From contig CAWCIZ010000003.1 of assembly GCA_963795855.1 (NCBI GenBank), positions 864,001 through 928,000 on the forward strand: a stretch of 64,000 bases of DNA, given 5' to 3'. This document shows positions 30,625-41,972 of this stretch, one piece after another. Source of the DNA: Vulcanimicrobiota bacterium (GTDB taxonomy: Bacteria > Vulcanimicrobiota > Vulcanimicrobiia > Vulcanimicrobiales > Vulcanimicrobiaceae). Positions within the stretch are counted from its first letter, which is position 1. Each line of letters begins with the position of its first letter. The translations under genes and the position numbers were made by a program. The notes under the pieces are model-generated. The model was not told where the DNA came from, made no database searches, and worked only from the letters and a program-made list of their open reading frames with translations.

Positions 30625-31452
30625 TTATGCTTGGGACGCGGCTTTGGCTGCGCGCGCAGCTACGTCCGATATGCCCAGGCGCTCGCAGACCGACGCAAAT
30701 GCGGTGGTTGGTCCGTGCCACTGCAACTGGTCGACGCTGTCAAAGAGCCTTGCATCGGTTCGAAGCGTCGCAAGTTTCTTGAAAAGCAAGGCGAGCGTGC
30801 GATGTGCGCCCAGCACTTCAGGTGGGAAATCCTCGATCTTGCCATATCGAATAAGCAAAGACGCCGCCCCTTTTGCGCCGATTCCCTTAATGCCGGGATA
30901 TCCGTCCGCAGCATCGCCCACGAGGGCCAGATAATCGGGGATAATTTCGGGGTCCACCCCAAATTTCGATCGTACTGCAGCGGCGTCGCGAATGGCCTTG
31001 CTCTTGCGGTCTACTTGCACGATCCGATCTCCTCGAACGCACTGCGAGAGATCTTTATCCGGCGTCCAAATGCAGATCTTTTGCACGCGAGGATCGCGCG
31101 CGGCGATCTCGGCGGCGGATGCCAGCGCGTCGTCGGCCTCGAGATCCACCATCGCCCAAACCGCGACGCCCATCGCCCGCAACGCGTCCTCGAGGGGCTC
31201 GAACTGGGCCAGCAGCGCCCGCTCGACCCCATCGCCCGTCTTGTATCCGTCCCAGAGTTCGTTGCGAAAAGACTCGATGACGTGATCCGTTGCAACCCCG
31301 ACGTGCGTGGCTCCCTCGCCAATCATTTGCAAGACGGTATTGAGCACTCCCGCGACCGCACCGAACCGGGCGACTTTATCGGTCTTGGCGCGGCGCAGGC
31401 CGTAAAAGTGCCGGAACAGCTCGTACGTTCCGTCAATCAGGTGAACGATCAC
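30625..31452 (-). CDS. Stand-alone 5'-3' exonuclease / flap endonuclease
   Basis: LIDGTYELFR, EADD, TPDKDL, LALVGD.ADGYPGIKGIG. Confidence 0.92.
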   Translation of the reverse strand: MIVHLIDGTYELFRHFYGLRRAKTDKVARFGAVAGVLNTVLQMIGEGATHVGVATDHVIESFRNELWDGYKTGDGVERALLAQFEPLEDALRAMGVAVWAMVDLEADDALASAAEIAARDPRVQKICIWTPDKDLSQCVRGDRIVQVDRKSKAIRDAAAVRSKFGVDPEIIPDYLALVGDAADGYPGIKGIGAKGAASLLIRYGKIEDFPPEVLGAHRTLALLFKKLATLRTDARLFDSVDQLQWHGPTTAFASVCERLGISDVAARAAKAASQA

Positions 31453-32003
31453 GAGTGTAGTATGCGATAGCGCATGTAAATCACTCCAGTGCCGACGCGC
31501 CGCGTTTCGAGAAGCTCGAGATTCCGCCGGAAGGCCGGCCGGAATGCCGGTTTTCCGCCGCCCAAGATCACCGGATTGACAAGGAGCACACATTCATCCA
31601 CGAGGCCGGCTTCGAGCGCAAGGCCTGCAAGCTCGGCGCCGCCAATGGTGATGTCGTGTTTCGAGTTCCGTTTGAGTTTTCGAACGGACTCGAAGTCGAA
31701 GTCTCGCTCCACTCGCGTGTTCCGCGTCGAAGCGCGCATCAGCGATCGTGAGAAGACGATCTTCTCAGTCTTCTGCCAAATTCGTGCGAAGTCGCGGTGT
31801 TGGGGCGGATAAGTCTGCACCGGCGCATCCCAATAAGCCATTGACTCGTAGAGTCGCCGCCCATAGAGATACGTTCCGACGGGCCGCAACAATTCATTGA
31901 CGAGCGGGTGTACTTGATCGGGATCGCCCCAATCGAACGCTCCGGTTTCGTCCTCAATATATCCGTCGAGCGACGTATTGGTGATGTAGATCAACTTGGA
32001 CAT
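31449..32003 (-). CDS. Dihydrofolate reductase (RibD C-terminal) family protein
   Basis: SLDGYI, YLYGRRLYE, GGAELA, PVILGGG. Confidence 0.9.
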   Translation of the reverse strand: MSKLIYITNTSLDGYIEDETGAFDWGDPDQVHPLVNELLRPVGTYLYGRRLYESMAYWDAPVQTYPPQHRDFARIWQKTEKIVFSRSLMRASTRNTRVERDFDFESVRKLKRNSKHDITIGGAELAGLALEAGLVDECVLLVNPVILGGGKPAFRPAFRRNLELLETRRVGTGVIYMRYRILHS

Positions 32004-32031
32004 ACGAAAACGTCGGCCTTTCGTTACCGGC

Positions 32032-33651
32032 CTAATAGTCGCGCCAGAGCATTGCAGAAATTCTGCCTTGGTCTTGGAAGACGTCGATGACGTCGCCGAT
32101 GGAGTCGATCTGCACATTATTGACGACGAGTTGATAAACGAGACGTCTGCCGCTCTTCGTCGTGATGTATCCGCCGAACGCTTGACCTTTGAGAACCATA
32201 CCGCCGGAGGCGGCCGCGCCTACGTACGTGCCGGTCTTGGCGTGAACGCGCCCTGCGGCTCCCGCGAGCGTCGGGTCCTTTTCGAAATCTTTGACCGATG
32301 CGAGCGAACCGTCGATACCCAGAATGGGCAAGTCCTGATACAGCGTTGCATAGGCTGGACGCCGTTGCATTTCTTGCAGCATCCGCGTTACAGCTCGGCT
32401 CCTCGCGGTGGTGTCGCCGCCGCCGCTTCCGTCGACGAAGTGATAGTCGCCGGAGGGGATAGCGAAGTGGTCTGCGAGATTTCTGCGTTCGACGGCGAGC
32501 GCAGCCGGCATGCTGTTCGCACCGCGCGTCAGACCGAAGAGCACAAGACTCGTGTCGGCACCGATGTTATAACTGATTTTGAGGACCAACTTCGCGTCTT
32601 GCGCGTAGGTCATTCCCCGCAGCATTGCCAGTTGATTCGTTTCGCTATACTTCGGGCCGGGCGGTAACAGCTTCGTCGGGTTCTGTTCTACGGCCGGGGC
32701 TTTGACCGTTATGCCGGCCTTGCGCAACGCTTCGACGAAGACCGTGCGCGCGTAGTTCGACGGCTGCGTAACGCGCACGGTTTGCACGAGCGTGCTTCCA
32801 CCGGTGAGCGGCGGCGTGAAATCTATCGGCAGCTTGCCTTCGATTCTCGCGGTGCAGCCGGGAACTCCAATGCATCGGGGATACTGCGGATCGATTTTCA
32901 GCGTGTCTTTCGATTTCGGGGCGCCGTTGCTCAAATGACTGTCGATTGTAAGCGCGGCGGAAATTGGGCGATGCATGACCGTAGTTTTGGAGCCGACGCG
33001 GCCGCCTGGTGTAATCGTGACATCCACGACGTCATCGTTTACGAAGATCGGCCGGACTTCGAATTGCCCGCGAAAGTCGAACGGTTTGAAGAGCCGATCG
33101 TCGACGATTACGTCGCCGTCGATGCGCGTGACGCCGGCGGCTTTCACCGCACGAGCTAGCCGTTCGTAGCCCGCAAGTGGATTAGGCTTGGTCAGAATTG
33201 CATTGCCGAGGCTGTCTGCTTCGTTGTGATCCCAGTCGCTGACCGCTATCGATCCATCCTGATTCGTGCGGCCCCCCATTGTCAAATCGCCTGAGGCGAC
33301 GACAATCACGTTTCCGTGAAGCACGCCCCCGGCGACGCGACCGCTGCGGTATACCGCGGTGTCGTACCGATGGCCCGGGCCGACCGCGTCGAGTAACTGA
33401 CCGACGCTGAACACTTTACGCACCGAGCCGATGAAGAATCTGCGCTCAGGGTGCACGTCGATGAGCACCTTCGACCCATCGAGCACGCGAAGTCCCCATG
33501 TCGAACCCTTGTACAGAGGTTTGGTCATGATGGATCGGATATCTGCAGGCACGGCAGCGCGCGGAGCCGGCACGCCGGCGATCGTCGTCGCGGTTTTCAA
33601 AACAAGCGCAATCAACGTTGCTGCTGAAATCGAGTATGTTAGTGGCCGCAT
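32032..33651 (-). CDS. dacB: D-Ala-D-Ala carboxypeptidase/endopeptidase (peptidase S13)
   Basis: SVRK, SYN, KTG motifs; signal peptide. Confidence 0.85.
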   Translation of the reverse strand: MRPLTYSISAATLIALVLKTATTIAGVPAPRAAVPADIRSIMTKPLYKGSTWGLRVLDGSKVLIDVHPERRFFIGSVRKVFSVGQLLDAVGPGHRYDTAVYRSGRVAGGVLHGNVIVVASGDLTMGGRTNQDGSIAVSDWDHNEADSLGNAILTKPNPLAGYERLARAVKAAGVTRIDGDVIVDDRLFKPFDFRGQFEVRPIFVNDDVVDVTITPGGRVGSKTTVMHRPISAALTIDSHLSNGAPKSKDTLKIDPQYPRCIGVPGCTARIEGKLPIDFTPPLTGGSTLVQTVRVTQPSNYARTVFVEALRKAGITVKAPAVEQNPTKLLPPGPKYSETNQLAMLRGMTYAQDAKLVLKISYNIGADTSLVLFGLTRGANSMPAALAVERRNLADHFAIPSGDYHFVDGSGGGDTTARSRAVTRMLQEMQRRPAYATLYQDLPILGIDGSLASVKDFEKDPTLAGAAGRVHAKTGTYVGAAASGGMVLKGQAFGGYITTKSGRRLVYQLVVNNVQIDSIGDVIDVFQDQGRISAMLWRDY

Positions 33652-33712
33652 GAACCCACGTTACAGCCTTTTCCCGTATGGTGCAAACGCATCGATGAGC
33701 GCGATCTTAGGG

Positions 33713-33835
33713 TCCGTAGAGGCAGCCGGTACGAAGGCGCCGCCGAACCTGCTGCGTCTGCGTCTCGGAATTGGGTTGGAAGAGCCGCAACTTCCCATCG
33801 ACGATCTAAACCAAGCGCTAACGGCTGCGGAGTAA
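33713..33835 (+). pseudogene. C-terminal remnant of a cystathionine gamma-synthase/lyase family gene
   Basis: SVEAAGTKAPPNLLRL..GIGLEE....IDDLNQAL resembles the family's terminal RLSIGLE..DL..DL.QAL motif. Confidence 0.6.
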
Positions 33836-33925
33836 CCTCAGACGGCTCCAACTTTCTATCGAGCGACGAGAGGCGGCTTGAAACCGCACGGCACATTTCA
33901 CAGGGTTCGAGCCTCCTTACTACAG

Positions 33926-34504
33926 ATGCCAAACCAAGACGAACGCCCGGGCGCGCCTCGTTGGGCTGAGGCCGACGTGATACACTCGGCGCGTCTGGGT
34001 GACGCGGCGGCTGCCGAAGCGCTTATCGCAACGATCTGGCCATCCTGCTTCCGGCTTGCCGCAAGCGTCATAGGCGACTGGAATCTAGCCGGCGACGCCG
34101 CACAAGAAGCGTGCATAATCGTGCATCACCGTTTGGGGACCTTACGCGATCTAGCAGCCTTCGACGCATGGGCCTACCAGATCGTTATACGCGAGGCGCG
34201 GCGCGTTGCACGCCGTCACGGCGACCGCCAACTACCGCGGCCGCTGCATAAACTCTCGTTGGATGACACCATCGCGCTCGACGTGTGGCGCGCTCTCGCG
34301 CTATTGACTCCGACGCTGCGCGAGGTGACGGTGCTCTACTACTTCGACGACCTCAAAGGTAACGAGATTGCCGCTGTGCTCGGCATTCCGCATGCCACGG
34401 TCCGCAAACGGCTTACCAGAGCGCGAGAGCGTTTACGCGAACTGCTCGGCGATTATCATCACGACAACCTGAACCACGCGGAGGAACAGCAACATGCACT
34501 CTGA
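33926..34504 (+). CDS. ECF RNA polymerase sigma factor
   Basis: AGDAAQEA, EIAAVLGIPHATVRKRL; paralog of 20728-21291. Confidence 0.9.
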   Translation: MPNQDERPGAPRWAEADVIHSARLGDAAAAEALIATIWPSCFRLAASVIGDWNLAGDAAQEACIIVHHRLGTLRDLAAFDAWAYQIVIREARRVARRHGDRQLPRPLHKLSLDDTIALDVWRALALLTPTLREVTVLYYFDDLKGNEIAAVLGIPHATVRKRLTRARERLRELLGDYHHDNLNHAEEQQHAL

Positions 34505-35564
34505 GTTTTCATCGCATGCCAAGCGAGCGCGAGCACAGCTCCCGGCGCCTGACGCCCCGGTGAGCAGCATCCTAAGCCGCTCCGCGGCGCTCAAAGCAAA
34601 ACAAAAGGTTCGCGCCATCGTCCTTACGTGTGCGATATCGCTAGCAATGGTCGGTACCGCCGCGGCATTCGGAGCGCAAGTTTTCAGCGGCGTGAAACTG
34701 TGGCTTTCCGGCGACAGCGCAACGATCGTCATTCATTCGTTTGCGGTCACGCGGGAACCCACGTTTGCAAATGTGCGCCGGATCGTTTCCAACGCCACTT
34801 TCCCGATCACGCTGCCGGTTGGGTTGCCGCCGGGGACGCACGTCCACATGATTATGTACGCACCGGCGAATCGCCCGAACGTGATAACGATCATGTACCG
34901 AAACGATCACGGGTTGAACGCCGGCTTCAGCATCTTTGACACCAAAGCGATCGCCTCCGGCCCTCCGCCGATTCCGGGATATACTTCGGCGAATGGGGTT
35001 CATTGGACCGTGGGCGCTGAAACGGTATTCGGCGGCACGGAGGCGCGCAAATACCTCAACCTGCCGCGCATCCAATCTGCGATGGCCGCAAGTTCGCCGG
35101 AAAAATCGCTCGCAGCGATCGAGCCGATGCTCTCGAAAGCAACGGTGCTTGGCGCAAACCCCGATCTCGGGCGGATCGCGGCACGGTATGCGCCCGCGAG
35201 CGGGAACGCCGTCGTGTTGGGCTCTTTCTTCGTGAAGTCGATCCCGGCGCTAGCAAAAAGCGGCAAACCGCTTATCGGTTCGAACACGACGCTCCTCACG
35301 CACATTCCGTCCGTAAGCGGTGCGCCTGATTACAAACACGCGACGTTGCAGTTCTCGCGAGACGTCGCGCTTGCGCCGCAGGGTGTTAAGGCGGTAGCAG
35401 CGGTGATGCGGTACGGCCGCATCGCGCCGAACTGCGTGTGCTCGATGGTTGTCGATCGCCAAGCCTCAAACACGTATGACGTTTGGAGCATCCCGAGCGG
35501 GCGTAGCGCAACGAAGTACGCCGTCGACGCACATTCGCTTAAGGTGACTGAATTGACGCAATAG
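34494..35564 (+). CDS. Putative single-TM anti-sigma factor
   Basis: Overlaps the sigma gene, one TM, FPITLPVGLPPGT shared with 21288-21938. Confidence 0.65.
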   Translation: MHSEFSSHAKRARAQLPAPDAPVSSILSRSAALKAKQKVRAIVLTCAISLAMVGTAAAFGAQVFSGVKLWLSGDSATIVIHSFAVTREPTFANVRRIVSNATFPITLPVGLPPGTHVHMIMYAPANRPNVITIMYRNDHGLNAGFSIFDTKAIASGPPPIPGYTSANGVHWTVGAETVFGGTEARKYLNLPRIQSAMAASSPEKSLAAIEPMLSKATVLGANPDLGRIAARYAPASGNAVVLGSFFVKSIPALAKSGKPLIGSNTTLLTHIPSVSGAPDYKHATLQFSRDVALAPQGVKAVAAVMRYGRIAPNCVCSMVVDRQASNTYDVWSIPSGRSATKYAVDAHSLKVTELTQ

Positions 35565-35715
35565 ATTCATTTCGATGCGCCTCTGCCAAGAACCGGAGCG
35601 GCGGTCAAGAGCGCCCGAAATTGCGAAAGCGCCCTGCGCGAGCAGGGCGTTTCGTAATTTTAACCGTAGTGTGCGCCGGACACCGATCTCTAGCTGTACG
35701 AGAAACGGAGTGCTC

Positions 35716-37820
35716 ATGCATCGCTGTCTCACCGCCCTACTTCTCACCGCGCTTCTCGGCGCCGCCATGCCATTGAACGCGCGGGCATTTGGGATCGAGG
35801 ACGTGCTGGCCGCGCCGTTCGTGGACAATCTCGTCGCCTCTCCCGACGGTACCGTCCTCGTGTGGAAAGTCGATGCAAGCGGCAGGCGCAACCTGTACAC
35901 GAATGCAGGCGGCAGCATCCACGCGCTCACGCACTACGGCGCAGACGACGGCCAAGACATCGACACTCCCGAAATTCTTCCCGGGGACGACGGCGTCGTC
36001 TACCTGCATGGCGGCGTCCAAGACAACGCAGGTGGAGAAAATCCGAACCCGGTACAGCAAGTGCCGCCGCCCGATCGTGCAATTTTCATCGTTTCGATTG
36101 CGGGCGGGGAACCGGTCAAGGTTGCGGACGGCAATGCCGTATTTCTTTCGCCGAAGGGCGATGCCGTTGCGTTCACCACCGTACAGGGCCAACTCGGTGT
36201 CGTCTCGCTGACGAAGAACGCTACGGGTTTCGCGGCCGGCAAACCGGATGTGTTGCCGATTCGCGGCAGCGCTTCCGATGTCGCCTGGTCTCCCGACGGA
36301 GCGAAGATCGCCTTTACGAACTCGCGCGGCGATCACTCTTTCATCGTGATTTACACACCGGCGCAGCATTCGTACGTGTACGCGACGCCGGACTTCACGC
36401 AGGATGCGGCGCCGTCTTGGTCGTCCGATAGTTCGCGCGTTGCGTTCGTCCGTACGCCGGGCGCGATCATCGGTGAAACGGTCTACGACATGGCGACGTT
36501 CGATTCCGGCGGGTCGTCCAGAACGCCATGGTCTATCTGGGTCGCGAACGCGAAGAGCGGCAGCGCGCGAAAGATCTGGACGGCGAACCCCGGTGTGGGT
36601 CACGCGTTCTATCCGACGATGAGCGCGGCGCAGCTGTGGTGGCTGCGCGGCAACACAATCGCTTTCCCGTGGGAGGGCGACGGTTGGCAGCACATTTACG
36701 CGATCTCCGCTGACGGCGGACGCGCGACGCGCCTTACGAGCGGCCAGTTCGAGGTCGAGACGGTGGCGGAGTCGCTCGATAAAACGCATTTGCTGCTTGC
36801 AACGAATGAAGGCGACCTCGATGCGCGCCACATCTGGAGCGTCGGAGTCGATGCCCGGCCGCGTCAGCTTACCCGCGGTCCGAACAATCAATGGTATCCG
36901 ACGCCGGTCGAGCACGGGGGACTTGCGTATGTCGACGCGGGCTATGCCGCGCCGCCCGTGGTGACGATCGCAGGCAATCCCGGAAAAACACTTGTCGCGG
37001 TGCGCACGCCGTCGAACTACCCGCAGACGCAAATGGTGCGTCCTAAACTGATTACCTACAAGGCGCCGGATGGCCTGACGATTCACGCGCAGCTTTCGTG
37101 CCGCACGCAGGCGCGAGGCGAATGCCGGCGATCGTGTTCGATCACGGCGGCCCACCCCGACAGATGCTCGGCGGGTTCCATTATATGGAGCCGTACACGC
37201 ACCTTTACGAGATGAACCAATATCTCGTGAGCAAAGGCTTTGTCGTACTCTCAATCAACTACCGCCTGGGCATCATGTACGGGTACAAGTTCCGGAACCC
37301 GCCGCATGCGGCGTGGCACGGGGGCTCGGAATATCAGGACGTCCTCGCGGGCGCGAAGTGGCTGCAGAGACAGTCAAACGTCGATGCAAACCGCATCGGC
37401 ATTTACGGCTTGTCGTACGGCGGTCTCTTGACGGCACTGGCGCTCGCGCGCAACTCCGACATCTTTAAAGCGGGCGCCGACTTCGCCGGTGTGCACGATT
37501 GGACGACCATGTTTGATCACGATTACGGTCACCCCGTGGGAACACCGGAGCAGCGCCACATCGCGACGATGTCGACGGCCGAGGGCTATCTCAACAAGTG
37601 GAAGTCGCCGGTCTTCATCGAGCAGGGCGACGACGATCGCAACGTACCGTTCTCGCAAGGCGTCGATCTGGCGGCGAAACTGCGAGGGCGCGGCGTGACG
37701 GTGCAGACGCAAGTCTTTCCCGACGAGACGCATGAGAATCAAGTTTGGATGCACTTGGTGGAACAGTATCGGTCAGCCGAAGCTTTCTTGGCAAAGTACC
37801 TGCATCCGGTGCAACCTTGA
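35716..37820 (+). CDS. S9 prolyl oligopeptidase family peptidase, frameshift near 37095
   Basis: Beta-propeller WSPDG repeats; HGGP, GLSYGG, DDRNV, ETH. Confidence 0.9.
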
Positions 37821-39160
37821 TGCTCGCCACGATTGCGCTTTCCGTCGCGCTGCAAAACGCCGTGCGCGCGAATAAAACCCCGGCCGCCGAGATCGCGGTC
37901 CAGCGGTCCGGCAGACTCATCGTCGATGCCGCCTACGGCATGGCAAATCTTGCTCGCCAAACCCCGGCAACGACACAGACGCAATTCGAGATCGGGTCCG
38001 TCACTAAGCAGTTCACCGCCGCTGCCATCCTGCAGCTCAAAGAACGCGGTAAACTCAAGCTCGGCGATCCGCTCGGCAAGTACGTTCCGGAGTATGCGCG
38101 CGGGAAGAACGTCACGCTGGAGCAACTGCTCTGGCAGGTCAGCGGCATTCCAAATTATACCGAGGTCAATCACTTCGTCCACATCGCGGGCAGCACGCCC
38201 GGCGGAGTCGATCCGGCGATTGCACTCATCGCAAACAAACCGCTGGATTTTACGCCGGGATTGCGGTTTGAGTACAGCAACACGAATTATCTGCTGCTCG
38301 GCGCGGTGGTCGCACGCGTATCCCACATGCCGTGGCAGACGTACATCCGCAAAAATATTTTCGGTCCTGCGGGAATGACGCACAGCGCGTTCATTGAGGA
38401 CGAGTCGCATTTGCCGGCTCTTGCCACCGGCTACCAACGTGGAAAAAGCGGCCGTCCGGAAGTAGCGCCGCCGTTGCGCGGCGCATGGGCGGGTGCCGCG
38501 GGCGGCATCGTTTCAACCGCTGCCGACATGGCAAAGTGGGACGCTGCATTCTTTGGCGGCAGGATTGCCGACGCGCAAGATGTGGCTCTGGCGACGACGC
38601 CGCACCGGCTATCTTCCGGAAAGTCGACTGGTTACGGTTTCGGATGGTTTATCGATGAGGAAGCGGGAGAGCCGCGGATCCAGCACAGCGGCGGCACGTT
38701 CGGGTTTGCGTCGGTGAACGAATACTTTCCGAAGTTTCACGAGTTCGTGATCGTTCTCACCAGCGTAGCGGGACTCGATCCGGCGTTTATCGCCGATCAA
38801 ACGATCGATGCGCTGCACCCCGAGATCGCGGCGGCGGAAGCGAAGCCGGCAAAGGGCGAGGAGCCCGCAATTACCGCGCTGGCACGTCAATGGGTACACC
38901 GCCTGCAGACCGGTGATATCGATAGATCGCAGCTCTCTGCAGCATTTGCCAAGCAGATGTCACCACGCATGGTCGACGATATGAAAACGAGCCTCGCGCC
39001 GCTCGGCGGTGCAACTTCATTCGTCTATCGAGGCAAGACCAAAGTTAACGGCGCTACTGCCTATCATTACAGCGTCGGTTTCAAAGGGGCTCGCCTGGAC
39101 TTAACGCTTGCGATCGATAGTCAAGGCAAAATAGCCGCGCTCGACATGGGAAGCGAGTAA
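37820..39160 (+). CDS. Serine hydrolase, beta-lactamase-like family
   Basis: SVTK, YSN, HSG. Confidence 0.9.
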   Translation: MLATIALSVALQNAVRANKTPAAEIAVQRSGRLIVDAAYGMANLARQTPATTQTQFEIGSVTKQFTAAAILQLKERGKLKLGDPLGKYVPEYARGKNVTLEQLLWQVSGIPNYTEVNHFVHIAGSTPGGVDPAIALIANKPLDFTPGLRFEYSNTNYLLLGAVVARVSHMPWQTYIRKNIFGPAGMTHSAFIEDESHLPALATGYQRGKSGRPEVAPPLRGAWAGAAGGIVSTAADMAKWDAAFFGGRIADAQDVALATTPHRLSSGKSTGYGFGWFIDEEAGEPRIQHSGGTFGFASVNEYFPKFHEFVIVLTSVAGLDPAFIADQTIDALHPEIAAAEAKPAKGEEPAITALARQWVHRLQTGDIDRSQLSAAFAKQMSPRMVDDMKTSLAPLGGATSFVYRGKTKVNGATAYHYSVGFKGARLDLTLAIDSQGKIAALDMGSE

Positions 39161-39171
39161 GTTCGACGCTT

Positions 39172-41785
39172 TCACTGACAAGGCAGCCACATCGGCCGTC
39201 GGCAGCACAGATCGCGGCACCAAGGATCTCGCATACCGCTTTGTCCTGCGCCATTTTCGAGGGGCGCAGCGACGGTCGCATGCGCTTCGAGTGCCTGCTT
39301 AGCGATAGCGACGATCGCTTCGACGTGTGCGCGAGTCAGTTCATTGAGTTTGGATGACGCCAGTGCCGCGTTTCCTCTATGGACGACATGCCCGAGCGTT
39401 GCCCGCGCAAGTGCCTGCGCGTCGGTTGGTGTGCCGCGCGCCGGCGCCGTCCACATTAGGCCCAGTTGTTTGACGAAGCGCATCTGCAAGTTGCGGCGCA
39501 CGACACCGTCGTGCATTTCGCGCGGCCCCGTGAGTTCGCCGAAGATGCCGGACTCCGCCCAAGTGAAAAGGTCCGTGATGTTCATGGTGGCGCGGCCGGG
39601 GTACTTCGTCTGCAAGTCGTCGATACGCTCGAGCGTAAGCGGCGAGAAGATCTCTCTCAGCGCCTGATCCTGGGTCTGTGCCGCTATCTCTACGACGGGA
39701 ACGTCGTGACGATTAGGCGGATTGTAAAACCAGGTCTGGTTGTTGTCGATTGACGACATCTCCGAGTACGTCGTCCTCGTGAGAACCGCTGCATTGAAGC
39801 GCCATGCCTCGTCGGAGAACAGCCAGCGCTCGAGCAGCTGCCACGCCTGGCGTTCCTGTGCGTATGGCACCGCTGAAAGCGCTGGTTCTTCCTTCGGATC
39901 GCCTTGGGCGCTTCGCGAAAGATATTCCGCGCCTATCGTGTCCGCGGGGCGCGTCGCGCAAAGCGTGTATTGCGCTAGCGGCATGACAAATGCAAGCCGC
40001 GCCTGATCGAAGGGCCTGCCGCGGAACGGAAAGCGTGCGTTGACCGCGTCCATCACGCCGTGCCACATCTTCAACTGCGTGCCGCACCATGCCAGCGGCT
40101 CGTTCGTGAGATCGTACATTTCGATGCGCGGGTCGATCGAATGGCCGTTAGCGAAAGCGGCAGCGTCTTCGTCGGAAGCGAAACGCTGCATCGGATTCGA
40201 CCAGCCCGACGCCCAACGCCGAAGCGTCGGAATTTCTTGCTCGGGCGTTTTTGCACCGGGGATGTACTTGTAACCGTAAGCGATCGCGTAATAGTCGTAC
40301 GGACCGAGCGTGGTTTGTTCGTAATCCCCGTTGCGAGCGCCCTTTGGCCACAGGTTTGCGACCGGCGTGTACTCCATCACGGAGCTTGCGATGCCGTACT
40401 TCTGGGTAAAGGACTTGCTTTGCAACTGCGAAGCGGTATATGCGAGTGAACCCATGAAGTTGTGCTGCAGCCCCATGTCGTGTCCACTCTCGTGCAACAC
40501 GATGGCAAGTTCGAGCTGTTGGTTGAAGGCGTTCTCATTCGCGCTCGTGTCGGGCAGACCGCGTGCCGGCGCAATGAGAAACCGGTAAAGAAAGCCCGAA
40601 GCGGCGCCGCCGGTTGCGTCTACGTTGACTCCGACGTTGATTTCCTCGCCCGTGCGAGGATCCGTCACGAGCAGCGCTTCCGCACCGTACAGTGGCTGCA
40701 CGTTCGCGACCCACCGGACGACGTTGTGCCGGATATCTTCGGGATCCCAACTTGGATCGGCGGGCTGATCCTGCACTTGAATTGCGTTGAGGATGCCGGC
40801 TCGTGCGAAAGTCTCTGTTCCACGCGAGCAGCGCTGCGCGAACCGTGTTGCGGTACTCCTGCGGAATGGTATTGCTCAGGTAATAGACGATGGGGTGCGT
40901 AGCGTTCGACGGGCGCGCCGGATCTTGCGGCGCGAAGTTCCAACGCGTGATGTACTGCACGTTGCGCGTTTCCAAGTTGTCGGTCGTGAAGTCCAAGAGG
41001 CCTTGTTCGAAATATCCGACGCGCGGATCCGCGATACGCGGCATGTAGCCGTCGTGCGGCAGCGCGATGAGGTTGTACGTCATCTGGACCTCGAGGCTGC
41101 GCGCGTCGGGCGAACTATCTATGAGATTCGGTTTTTCGGACCACCACGTTTGCGACACGCGAAGCACGTCGTTTTCCGGGAACGCCTTCGCTTCTTCGAA
41201 GAACGAGCGATCCGTGTCGAGGTGATAGCCATGCAACGGATTGGTAATGACGTTATCGAACGCCGCCGAAAAATTGGCGACGTCCGACAAGAACGGCGTC
41301 GCCGCGACGACGACCGTATCGGCATCCTGCGCGGCTATCGGCACTACGGCGATGACCGATGACGGCATCGATTGCTGCGTATCGAAATCCTGCGCCGTGT
41401 TCGGAACGACGCGCGCATACGTGTTCGGCCAACGGATCACGACTTGGTCGTCCACGCGATCGAATCGTAAGATGCGCGCAGGCGCAACGTACGGCTCGCC
41501 GGGCGCGGGGCCATATCCGCCCAGGCCCGTGGCCGGCACGGACGTTTCTATGAAATCTGCTCCGAGCTGGGTCTTCGCCAGCGCGAAATAGACTTTGCCC
41601 CCTTTTCTTACGATTGGTATCAACCCGGGCAGCACTTGCGCGCCTTTGACGAAATCGGCGTAGGCCGGCGGCGCGGAGTCTTCAGGATTCGGAGACGCAG
41701 ATGTGTTCGCAGCGCGCGCCGGCGTTGCGGCGAAAACAGCAATGCCCGCACATAAAAGCACGGAGCAAATCGGAATCTTCAACAT
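39172..41785 (-). CDS. Secreted zinc-dependent metalloprotease (DUF5117/DUF4953 type), frameshift near 40800
   Basis: ADPRVGYF, DIRHNVVRW, HESGHDMGLQHNF, SSVMEY Met-turn. Confidence 0.88.
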
Positions 41786-41972
41786 AGGCGTGGGCCTCAT
41801 TGTAGGGGCGAAATCTGCCTTTAACGTAGTGCGCCGCGCGCCGCACGGGGAGTGCCTTTGGAACCATCCGGAAGCCTGGCAAAACGCGAGCAATAGAGCG
41901 CTCGATCGCGGAGCGAGCGCGAGGCCAACTCTGCATCGAGGCGAGGGATATACGGTAACGAATCCTCGGCGG

